IMG/VR virus record: IMGVR_UViG_3300028581_001913
DNA: 20,000 bases
Reading direction: 5' to 3' (one strand)
From: an uncultured virus (IMG/VR IMGVR_UViG_3300028581_001913)
Lineage: Duplodnaviria > Heunggongvirae > Uroviricota > Caudoviricetes
The position numbers and the translations under genes are program-made. Every line of letters starts with the position of its first letter. Within the stretch, counting starts at the first letter, position 1. The notes below the pieces were generated by a model. The model had not been told where the DNA came from. It saw only the letters and a list, made by a program, of their open reading frames with translations, and did no database searches. Shown here piece by piece: positions 1-7,337 of the stretch.

Positions 1-37
1 CATACTGATATTTAAACACATTTATGTTACAGTAGTG

Positions 38-190
38 TTACAATGATTTGACTTGTTTGTTCTTTTTGTCAGGGCCAAGAGACCTGGCTTCTTCCAACCG
101 GCGCTCTGTGGCGGGGGTGTTTTGGGGAGGATGATACACGTGGTGTTTTTGGGGTTCGTGTCGTCGTGGGGCTCGTTTAAACCAACTCAT
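38..190 (-). CDS. Small basic hypothetical protein, 50 aa (MSWFKRAPRRHEPQKHHVYHPPQNTPATERRLEEARSLGPDKKNKQVKSL); not in ORF track
   Basis: Translated by hand: ATG at 190, TAA at 40-38. AAGGAA SD-like sequence upstream and ATAAGTA motif at 221-215 on the minus strand. Confidence 0.6.
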   Translation of the reverse strand: MSWFKRAPRRHEPQKHHVYHPPQNTPATERRLEEARSLGPDKKNKQVKSL

Positions 191-249
191 AGGCGGTTCC
201 TTTGCAGGTCTAAATACTTATTGTGTGCGTTTGAAATATAAACTCCAGT

Positions 250-1455
250 TTAATTTTGTTGTAGCAGTTGGCGAATTGCAGCACGATGTTGACCGGTGCA
301 ATGCTGTCGCATTATGCCCATAGCTTGATCTAAATTGGTCTTGTACTCGTTTATTACTCGATCAAACAATCCATTGAAAAAACGATGTTTGTTACGCTGT
401 GCAATCTCATGCAACTTTGTATGTAACACTTGTTTAGCATCAACATCAAGATCAGCAATTCTTTTCATCTCTTGTATGATTGCTTTTAGGCGATCTTGGC
501 TGTCGGCAATTGTGTCATAAGACTCATCGATCAATTCAGCAAACGTTTCAAAACCGTAGGCCCTCAAGTATTGCAGGCTGCCAGCAGTAGCCGCCAGTAT
601 AAAAGGTTTGCCGCAGGCAATGGGTCTCAATGTTTTTTCTGTAAGGTGCCAACGGCTGTCATCAAACAGTGTCTCTAATACCACTTCTATACCAGTGGTA
701 TTGTAGTCATTGTTGTTATAGTCTGCACTAGCTGTGGCATTAGTTTGGTTTCCTGGCAGGTATTTTTCAATAAAATAATTTGAAATTTTTAAGTTATTGT
801 TTTTAAAAACATGTTGTGTGTAGTGCTGTTCATCAACTGGATTGAATGCAGTGCGGACATGATTTAACAGTTGGTGATTTATCAGTTGCTCAACAAAATA
901 CAATCGATATTCTCTCGTGCCCGACCAAGCACGGTTGTAAACTAAAAAATCTTGTTTGATGTTAGATAGATCAAAATTTAAGTTTGGGTCATGTTCAGCA
1001 TATCTAAACCAATCATGCGCAATCACTGCATGCCCCCAGTAATACACTGGCACAAATCCGTTTTTAGAGAACCATGTTACCGCTGCACTGCGTTGTTCTG
1101 AATGCAACAACATTGAAAGATCAAATTGGTTTGAGCATACCAGTGCTCCTCTAATATATTGATCAGCATGGTAATCCAATAACAAATTGCATTGCAAAAC
1201 GTCAAACCCAATGTCAAGTAGTACGTTTTTTGCAATATTTTTAATTTGATCTCTTGAATAAAAGTTGCTGATCAATGGTTCTTGATCGTGACACAACAAC
1301 GGTGGATGATTCAAAAACTTAAATTTGGAGTAATTTTTCATGGGTGTGAGATCTTCAAGTTTTTTTGAACCATGTGGTAGCCAGCGATAAATTAGTAAAT
1401 CATGGTTGACACAGTCATCCAGATAGTGGTATAATCTGTCTAAAGGAACACTCAT
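250..1455 (-). CDS. Putative glycosyltransferase-like (GT-B/GT10-like) phage protein
   Basis: 401-aa ORF. C-terminal VVLETLFDDSRWHLTEKTLRPIACGKPFI resembles the E...TEK nucleotide-sugar-binding motif of GT10-type/GT-B enzymes. Adjacent to a nucleotide-sugar dehydrogenase. Confidence 0.5.
   Translation of the reverse strand: MSVPLDRLYHYLDDCVNHDLLIYRWLPHGSKKLEDLTPMKNYSKFKFLNHPPLLCHDQEPLISNFYSRDQIKNIAKNVLLDIGFDVLQCNLLLDYHADQYIRGALVCSNQFDLSMLLHSEQRSAAVTWFSKNGFVPVYYWGHAVIAHDWFRYAEHDPNLNFDLSNIKQDFLVYNRAWSGTREYRLYFVEQLINHQLLNHVRTAFNPVDEQHYTQHVFKNNNLKISNYFIEKYLPGNQTNATASADYNNNDYNTTGIEVVLETLFDDSRWHLTEKTLRPIACGKPFILAATAGSLQYLRAYGFETFAELIDESYDTIADSQDRLKAIIQEMKRIADLDVDAKQVLHTKLHEIAQRNKHRFFNGLFDRVINEYKTNLDQAMGIMRQHCTGQHRAAIRQLLQQN
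1406..1435 (+). promoter_or_regulatory. Sigma70-type promoter for the dehydrogenase operon, embedded in the opposite-strand CDS
   Basis: TTGACA (1406-1411), 18 bp spacer, TGg-TATAAT extended -10 (TATAAT 1430-1435). AAAGGAA SD at ~1442-1448 precedes ATG 1456. Confidence 0.7.
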
Positions 1456-2697
1456 ATGGAAAAAATTGGCTTCGTTGGGATTGGAAAATTAGGATTGGAT
1501 TGTGCGGAAGTCATGGCTGAAAAGCATGAAGTGCGCGGTTATGATATTTACCCACGTTCAAGCGACTCGGTAAAAGTTTGTGACATTGCTGAATTGGTAA
1601 ACGAAAGTGAATGGATTTTTATTGCTGTGCCTACCCCACATGCTGAAGGCTATGATGGTTCGGTCCCATCCAGCCACATGGAACCCCGTGATTTCGGTCA
1701 TGACGCTGTGATTGATGCAATCAAGAATGTTAACCTTTATGCAACCACACCCAAGAAGGTTGTTTTGATTTCAACAGTGTTGCCTGGTACCACACGCCGA
1801 CACTTTTATCCACTACTGGATTCAAAACATCAGTTCCTATACAACCCGTATCTGATTGCCATGGGGTCAGTCAAATGGGACATGGTCAACCCGGAAATGG
1901 TAATGATTGGCACCGAAGACGGTAACCCCAATGCCCTAGCAGGTGAGTTGATTGACCTTTACAAAACCATCATGGCCAACGATCCACGCTATGAAATTGG
2001 TACCTGGGATGAATGCGAAGCTATCAAGATCTTCTACAACACATTTATCTCAGCCAAGGTCGGTCTTGTGAACATGATTCAAGATTTTGCCCTGCGCATT
2101 GGCAACATCAACGTTGATGTAGTCACTAATGCACTGGCACGTAGCACCATGCGCATAATGGGACCCAAGTACATGACAGCCGGCATGGGCGATGCAGGTG
2201 CTTGCCATCCACGTGACAACATTGCCTTGCGTTGGTTGGCCAAGGAATACAACATTGGCTACGACTTGTTTGACACGGTGATGCATGCACGAGAAGTACA
2301 GGCCAAGAATCTGGCCATGTACCTGTTGGACTTGAGCGTGATGCACGACAACATGCCCATCGTGATACATGGCAAAGCCTACAAACCTGATGTGGAATAC
2401 TGTATTGGTTCATATTCAACCTTGGTAGGACACTACATTGAACAAGAAGGTCGTCGGGTTGTTTACGTTGATCCCTTGGCAGATGACCCAACCAATGTTG
2501 TAGCCTCAGTAGACACACCTGCAATCTTTTTGTGGGCACACAACCGCAAGATCACTTATGAATACACTGGTGATCAGCTAGACACACTGCCCTACTGCAA
2601 CATCCAACCAGGCAGCGTTATTGTTGATCCATGGCGCGAACTCACATCAACCACTGAGGTAGAAGTCGTCCACTATGGCAACACAAGATCTCATTAA
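1456..2697 (+). CDS. ugd: UDP-glucose/GDP-mannose 6-dehydrogenase family protein
   Basis: Rossmann GFVGIGKLG, IAVPTP, STVLPGT, EAIKIFYNTF, catalytic-Cys loop GMGDAGACHPRD, and GKAYKPD. Confidence 0.9.
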   Translation: MEKIGFVGIGKLGLDCAEVMAEKHEVRGYDIYPRSSDSVKVCDIAELVNESEWIFIAVPTPHAEGYDGSVPSSHMEPRDFGHDAVIDAIKNVNLYATTPKKVVLISTVLPGTTRRHFYPLLDSKHQFLYNPYLIAMGSVKWDMVNPEMVMIGTEDGNPNALAGELIDLYKTIMANDPRYEIGTWDECEAIKIFYNTFISAKVGLVNMIQDFALRIGNINVDVVTNALARSTMRIMGPKYMTAGMGDAGACHPRDNIALRWLAKEYNIGYDLFDTVMHAREVQAKNLAMYLLDLSVMHDNMPIVIHGKAYKPDVEYCIGSYSTLVGHYIEQEGRRVVYVDPLADDPTNVVASVDTPAIFLWAHNRKITYEYTGDQLDTLPYCNIQPGSVIVDPWRELTSTTEVEVVHYGNTRSH

Positions 2698-3193
2698 ATA
2701 TCATATTCCAGTATTTTGGGATGATGAATTTAAAAGACTTGACTACGTTAACGAGCCGTTCAATGATTTAGTGAGTGTAAACCATTGGATCAGTCAAGGT
2801 TATGCCAATCGGTTCACTGGCGACATGTGTGACATGCGCGGTCAACAACCCCGGTGGAATCAAACGTTCCTAGACATTTACACCCAAATGGGTTGGAAAG
2901 CTATAGGCACCAGTTATTATAGAATGACCACCGGTACCACGCTGCCAGTGCATAGTGATTTGTATGTTCGATATATTCAATTGTGCAATTTACAGGGGCA
3001 AGAACATCGCATACGTCGAGCTGTGATATTTTTGGAAGACTGGAGATCTGGCCATTACTTTGAAGGTGCTGGGCTAGCCATAACTGGTTGGCAGGCAGGT
3101 GATGCAGTTGAGTGGGCATATAATTTGCCACACATGGCAGCAAACGTGGGAATAGACCCTAGATACACATTACAAATAACAGGATGGGTATGA
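2675..3193 (+). CDS. 2OG-Fe(II) oxygenase / cupin-fold hydroxylase
   Basis: HxD (LPVHSD), distal His (PHMAAN) and Arg (PRYTLQITG), typical of the double-stranded beta-helix fold. Overlaps the end of ugd. Confidence 0.7.
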   Translation: MATQDLIKYHIPVFWDDEFKRLDYVNEPFNDLVSVNHWISQGYANRFTGDMCDMRGQQPRWNQTFLDIYTQMGWKAIGTSYYRMTTGTTLPVHSDLYVRYIQLCNLQGQEHRIRRAVIFLEDWRSGHYFEGAGLAITGWQAGDAVEWAYNLPHMAANVGIDPRYTLQITGWV

Positions 3194-4104
3194 TATCAAC
3201 ATACAATGAATGGGATCCACTCCGACGCATCGTAGTGGGTCGTGCTGACACAGCCAATTGGCCTGTGAATGATCCGGTGTTTAAAAATGAGGGAGAAAAA
3301 ACCACTTGGAAGGAAACTCCTGTGCCACGCGGTGCTGTGCCTCAATGGATCATTGACGAAGCCAACGAAGACCTTGAAATATTGACCCGTACATTGCAAG
3401 ACTTGGGTGTCAAAGTAGAACGTCCAGATCCTTGTTTGAACTTTCAAACACATGACGGACTCTCCACTTACTGCCCTAGAGACCGATTGTTAGTATACGG
3501 GTCAACCATTGTTAATCCTGTGATGATGTATCCCTGCAGGGACATGGAATCACAGTGCTACTATGACATCATTGACGAAGCCGAACACTACTTGCACATG
3601 CCCAGAAACGAAGGCATGATATTGGAAGCGGCCAATGTTTGCAGGCTCAATGACTCATGGTTGGTATTAGAAAGTTCAGGATGCAATGCATCAGCACTAG
3701 CATGGTTGCGTGTTCAGTTTCCGGATGTCAAAATAGAATCCTGTAACTTCTATGCTGGCGTGCATATTGACTCAACCATTGTGCCCATACGTGAGGGCCT
3801 GGTGCTGTTGAATGGTACCAGGGTAAATGACGCCAACTGCCCAGAAGTGTTTCGTGACTGGGACAAGATCTATGTGAATGATGTGGTAGCACAAGGATTC
3901 CACGAGTACCCTTATGCGTCAAAATGGGTGGGCATGAACATGTTGGCCGTAAATCCAACAACTGTGATTATGGATCGGAACCAACCAGACCTAATTGCTC
4001 AACTGGAACAACGTGGGTTCACTGTAATTCCATTGGAATTGCGCCACAGCCGTACCTTGGGTGGTGGGTTTCATTGTGTCACCCTGGATCTGGAACGTGG
4101 TTAG
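3190..4104 (+). CDS. Amidinotransferase (glycine/inosamine-phosphate amidinotransferase-like, pentein fold)
   Basis: N-terminal NEWDPLRRIVVG, CPRD, HIDST and C-terminal GGGFHCVTLDL with catalytic Cys. ATG at 3190 overlaps the upstream TGA (ATGA); alternative start at 3184. Confidence 0.88.
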   Translation: MISTYNEWDPLRRIVVGRADTANWPVNDPVFKNEGEKTTWKETPVPRGAVPQWIIDEANEDLEILTRTLQDLGVKVERPDPCLNFQTHDGLSTYCPRDRLLVYGSTIVNPVMMYPCRDMESQCYYDIIDEAEHYLHMPRNEGMILEAANVCRLNDSWLVLESSGCNASALAWLRVQFPDVKIESCNFYAGVHIDSTIVPIREGLVLLNGTRVNDANCPEVFRDWDKIYVNDVVAQGFHEYPYASKWVGMNMLAVNPTTVIMDRNQPDLIAQLEQRGFTVIPLELRHSRTLGGGFHCVTLDLERG

Positions 4105-4151
4105 TGTTTTTGTAATGCTCCCGGCTGCCATCCGTTAGATTTGTATTTTTC

Positions 4152-4180
4152 TTGACAAAATATTTGGTTTCTTGTATAAT
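4152..4180 (+). promoter_or_regulatory. Perfect sigma70 promoter upstream of uvsE
   Basis: TTGACA (4152-4157), 17 bp, TATAAT (4175-4180). Confidence 0.85.
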
Positions 4181-4214
4181 ATTATTTATGTTAAACTGCT
4201 GCAAATGGTGCTAG

Positions 4215-5243
4215 ATGACAAATTTTAAGGTGGGATTCTGCTGCAAGTGGCTCAATGACCCTAGTGAATGTGGCGGCATGAAAGTCAATGCACAGGACCG
4301 TGACTTAAACGGCAGATCAACCACCATGCGATGGCTGCGCGAACATGCGGATTTGGCTGAAGAACGCCAATGGGACATAATGAATCATAACGCTCGTGCG
4401 GCCGTCCGGCTGATTGAGCGTGTGGCCACACTGCCACCTCAACGGCGTATGGTACGCCTGGGCAGTGAAATGTTACAAGGCTACACTGAAAAGGATTGGA
4501 TCAACTGGTGGCAACGCACTGAAATCCAAGATCATTGTGCAAAGATCTTTGCGCCTGTGGGCGAAACTGCAAGACGCCTGGGTGTGCGTTTATCATTTCA
4601 TCCCGGACAGTTTTGCGTGCTAGCATCAGAGTCAGACGAGATTGTGGAACGCAGTATCTTGGAGTTTGAGTATCATGCAGACATGGCACGGTGGATGGGC
4701 TATGGTGGGTCATGGCATGACCACGGTTTTAAAATTAATGTGCATTTGTCTGGTAAAGGTGGACCAGCAAAGTTCCTGAAAACACTAGGCAGACTCACGC
4801 CCGAAGCCAGGAATCTGATCGCCATCGAGAATGATGAGATGACAAATGGTTTGGACGTTACTCTTGCTGTGGCTGACAGTGTGGCTCTTGTTTTGGATGT
4901 TCATCACCATTGGATCAACACCGGCGAATACATCAACCCTGATGATTCACGTGCTCAACGGGTGGTTGAGTCTTGGCGTGGTGTGCGTCCTGCTCTTCAC
5001 TACAGTGTCAGCCGTGAAGATGTTGTTGTGGGATATGATGCCCATGTACGACCCGACCTCTCAGCCTTACTCAGTCAAGGCTACAAAAAGCAAAAGTTGA
5101 GAGCACATTCGGACTTTATGTGGAATCATGCTGTGAATGACTGGGCGTTGACCTTTGTTGATCAATGGGATATACAGGTCGAAGCTAAAGGCAAAAACTT
5201 GGCCAGTGAACAAGTCTACAAACAATGGAAGAAAAATGCTTAA
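4215..5243 (+). CDS. uvsE: UV DNA damage repair endonuclease (UvsE/UVDE family)
   Basis: GFCCK, RLGS, RLSFHPGQF, NVH, IENDE, LDVHHH, HYS, RAHSD and EAKGK motifs of the UVDE TIM-barrel family. Confidence 0.9.
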   Translation: MTNFKVGFCCKWLNDPSECGGMKVNAQDRDLNGRSTTMRWLREHADLAEERQWDIMNHNARAAVRLIERVATLPPQRRMVRLGSEMLQGYTEKDWINWWQRTEIQDHCAKIFAPVGETARRLGVRLSFHPGQFCVLASESDEIVERSILEFEYHADMARWMGYGGSWHDHGFKINVHLSGKGGPAKFLKTLGRLTPEARNLIAIENDEMTNGLDVTLAVADSVALVLDVHHHWINTGEYINPDDSRAQRVVESWRGVRPALHYSVSREDVVVGYDAHVRPDLSALLSQGYKKQKLRAHSDFMWNHAVNDWALTFVDQWDIQVEAKGKNLASEQVYKQWKKNA

Positions 5244-5529
5244 TATATTTGCGGGAATTTATGAATGGATAAAAAATGATTACCGCACGAATAATTTTAG
5301 ATTTGTTGTTGAGCTGTTGGCCTGGGCTATAAGTATCGGCTGCTCAATTACCATGGCTGCTACTGTGCCAAATCCGCCCTTGCTGATTCTGTATCCTATC
5401 TGGATTGCAGGCTGTGCCATGTATGCCTGGGCTGCCTGGACTCGAAAGAGTTTTGGCATGCTGGCCAACTACTTGCTATTGGTAACAATAGATTCAGTTG
5501 GCCTGGTCCGTATGCTGTTGTTAAGTTGA
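5236..5529 (+). CDS. Small 3-TM membrane protein (possibly PnuC/SWEET-like half-transporter fold)
   Basis: Start re-assigned to ATG 5236, overlapping the end of uvsE. 97 aa with three hydrophobic segments. Confidence 0.65.
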   Translation: MLNIFAGIYEWIKNDYRTNNFRFVVELLAWAISIGCSITMAATVPNPPLLILYPIWIAGCAMYAWAAWTRKSFGMLANYLLLVTIDSVGLVRMLLLS

Positions 5530-5862
5530 TTTCTTTTTGGCAGGTGTCCGTTTAGCCACAGCTGGCTTGGCTGTTGTTTTCTTGTCCGGTGCTGGTTTTT
5601 TAATTTTGGCAACAGCCGCTGCCTTGTTTTCAGCAGTGGCATCGGCCACTGTGGGTGCAGGTGCTTCTACTCGATCATCCGCTGATGCCCCGGGTGCAAC
5701 GTCAGCAGGTTTGACGTGAATCTTGCCCGCTGGCACTGCTTTTCCGTAGGGCCAAGGACGCTCTGAGTTAGCATCATTGTCTTTTTGGTCTGGTCGACTC
5801 ATGGTGTAAATCCAATACCCTGCCAGGGCCAAAATCGCAACTGTGATAATAATAACTTCCAT
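5521..5862 (-). CDS. Single-pass membrane protein with Ala/Lys/Pro-rich (histone H1-like) tail
   Basis: ATG 5862 with AGGAG SD (5875-5871). N-terminal TM VIIITVAILALAGYWIY; C-terminal KKPAPDKKTTAKPAVAKRTPAKKK. Confidence 0.7.
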   Translation of the reverse strand: MEVIIITVAILALAGYWIYTMSRPDQKDNDANSERPWPYGKAVPAGKIHVKPADVAPGASADDRVEAPAPTVADATAENKAAAVAKIKKPAPDKKTTAKPAVAKRTPAKKKST

Positions 5863-5884
5863 GTGTAAATCTCCTATGCGATAT

Positions 5885-6310
5885 TTAGTGACGATGTATG
5901 CTGTCTTGCACAAACCCTAAACTTACTCCAAGTTCTGTAGCAATTTTTTGCATAGTCCACCCTTGTGCCCTAAGTTCTTTAGTCCTTGTACGCTCATAAT
6001 CTTTTCCATGTTTGCTACGTGTGTTTTCTGCAATAGATACCCATCGCAAGTTGGAAATATGATTATTCACTTTGTTACCATCAATGTGGTCAACTACAAA
6101 TTTTACATCTGGACATTGGGGACCAAAATGTTCAATTTCAAGTCTATGAATAGCAGTGGTTTTTTTACATTTGTTTTCTGTAAGATTAACATACCTGTAT
6201 TGATTACTGCTTGTACCAGGATTTAGTATTTTGTCATACCTTAAAGATTTAACTTGACCACCATCACTTACAGCATAATCTGGGTACCCGTTTATAATTT
6301 TCCATTCCAT
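5885..6310 (-). CDS. NUMOD4-HNH homing endonuclease with C-terminal HTH
   Basis: MEWKIINGYPDYAVSDGGQVKS (NUMOD4-like), HRL...DHIDGNKVNNHISNLRWVS..EN (HNH_3), GWTMQKIATELGVS (HTH). ATG 6310 has an AAGGAA SD. AT-rich relative to flanks. Confidence 0.85.
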   Translation of the reverse strand: MEWKIINGYPDYAVSDGGQVKSLRYDKILNPGTSSNQYRYVNLTENKCKKTTAIHRLEIEHFGPQCPDVKFVVDHIDGNKVNNHISNLRWVSIAENTRSKHGKDYERTRTKELRAQGWTMQKIATELGVSLGFVQDSIHRH

Positions 6311-6384
6311 GTCAATTCCTTTATATTGTTCAACAACATTATTTAGTATTTGGTCACTAATTTCGCCAAAAAAGTAAAATGATG

Positions 6385-6414
6385 TTGCACCGCACAAATA
6401 AATAATGTTACAAT
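6385..6414 (+). promoter_or_regulatory. Promoter with overlapping PhaR-box-like motif upstream of phasin-like gene
   Basis: TTGCAC (6385-6390), 18 bp, TGt-TACAAT (6409-6414). TGCACCGCACAA (6386-6397) has the TGC-N3-GCA core. ATAAATA at 6398-6404. Confidence 0.55.
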
Positions 6415-6481
6415 AGATCAACAAGGCGCTGAATGGTTCGGGTCTTGTGTTCTAGAACTTGCTTAATTCAAGGAGAAAAAC

Positions 6482-6739
6482 ATGTTCAATTCCGTAATCG
6501 AAGCTGTGCAAACTGCACAAAAAACTTTTGTCAACACTGTGGTCACTAACGAAGAAATCGCCCAGCCCATGATCCGCATGATCGACAGCCAGTGCGATGC
6601 TGCCAAACTCACTGCCAAAGCTGTGCTGGATATCACCACAACTTTGGCCAGTGCTACCACTGAAAAAGTGCAAGAAGCAATGAAGTTTGACTTTACCAAA
6701 TACGCTGAAGCATTCAAGCCAGCCACTGCTAAAAAGTAA
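6482..6739 (+). CDS. Phasin-like small amphipathic helical protein
   Basis: 85 aa, Ala/Thr/Lys/Gln-rich, appears all-helical. Strong SD AAGGAG, own terminator and a PhaR-like site upstream. Confidence 0.5.
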   Translation: MFNSVIEAVQTAQKTFVNTVVTNEEIAQPMIRMIDSQCDAAKLTAKAVLDITTTLASATTEKVQEAMKFDFTKYAEAFKPATAKK

Positions 6740-6758
6740 TACTCTAGTACTACTTTTT
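6731..6758. repeat. Near-perfect palindrome AAAAAGTAATACT-CT-AGTACTACTTTTT (candidate operator)
   Basis: 13-bp arms with one mismatch. GTACTACTTT recurs twice at 14471-14493 ahead of another promoter. Confidence 0.55.
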
Positions 6759-6763
6759 GAAGA

Positions 6764-6785
6764 CCCTGCTGAGTGCAGGGTTTTT
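6764..6785 (+). terminator. Rho-independent terminator
   Basis: CCCTGC-TGAGT-GCAGGG followed by TTTTT. Confidence 0.8.
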
Positions 6786-6786
6786 C

Positions 6787-6815
6787 TTGACCGGAAATTC
6801 CCAATCTGCTATAAT
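6787..6815 (+). promoter_or_regulatory. Early sigma70-type promoter (probably leaderless transcript)
   Basis: TTGACC, 17 bp, TGc-TATAAT. ATG at 6822 is 7 nt after the -10, with no SD. Confidence 0.85.
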
Positions 6816-6821
6816 TTGGGT

Positions 6822-7055
6822 ATGAAAACAAAAATCAATGAAATATTACAGTGGTCCGGAGCGGTGTTTATCATTGCTGGTCACAGTCTCAACGCCGTGG
6901 GCCCTGAGGCCTACCCCTACAACATTCTTGCCTTTTTTGTGGGCACAATATTGTTTATGATCTGGACAATACGTGTTGCAAACAAGCCACAGTTCATGGT
7001 GAATATTGTGGCACTGTGCATTGGAGCAAGTGGATTGTTCAAGGCATTTGGTTGA
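6822..7055 (+). CDS. Small 3-TM membrane protein
   Basis: 77 aa hydrophobic ORF (MKTKINEILQWSGAVFII...). Start re-assigned from the promoter position. Confidence 0.7.
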   Translation: MKTKINEILQWSGAVFIIAGHSLNAVGPEAYPYNILAFFVGTILFMIWTIRVANKPQFMVNIVALCIGASGLFKAFG

Positions 7056-7080
7056 CCAGAATTAACCGATCTGCTATAAT
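7052..7080 (+). promoter_or_regulatory. Early sigma70-type promoter
   Basis: TTGACC (contains the upstream TGA stop), 17 bp, TGc-TATAAT. Confidence 0.85.
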
Positions 7081-7110
7081 TTGGACATACAAAGAAAAAA
7101 GGAGAGAGAT

Positions 7111-7323
7111 ATGGAAGCATCGATTACAGTAGCAGACATGATGGCGGCATTGAGTGCATTGCCCCCAGACGCACGACTGGTAGTGACCGAAAGCGGTTAT
7201 TACAGTTATGGTGAGTTGGCCCGTGTGGGCTTGCCAGAAGCCTACACCATGGACGGCGACGAGGATGACATCCCTCGTGGCACTGTGGTGTACCGTATTG
7301 GTCACAGCCACCAAAGTTATTGA
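7111..7323 (+). CDS. Hypothetical phage protein
   Basis: ATG 7111 after AAGGAG. MEASITVADMMAALSALPPDARLVV resembles a common phage small-protein N-terminal pattern. Confidence 0.7.
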   Translation: MEASITVADMMAALSALPPDARLVVTESGYYSYGELARVGLPEAYTMDGDEDDIPRGTVVYRIGHSHQSY

Positions 7324-7337
7324 ACAAGGAGAACAAC

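Noticed and set aside
53..241. 62-aa plus-strand ORF
   Set aside because: TTG start without an SD; it is the antisense shadow of the better-supported 38-190 minus-strand ORF.
4105..4150. Possible tRNA or ncRNA in the intergenic gap
   Set aside because: Too short, with no cloverleaf, T-loop or convincing stem.
5885..6310. HNH gene as part of a group I intron
   Set aside because: The flanking genes are complete and not interrupted, and I could not see intron core elements.
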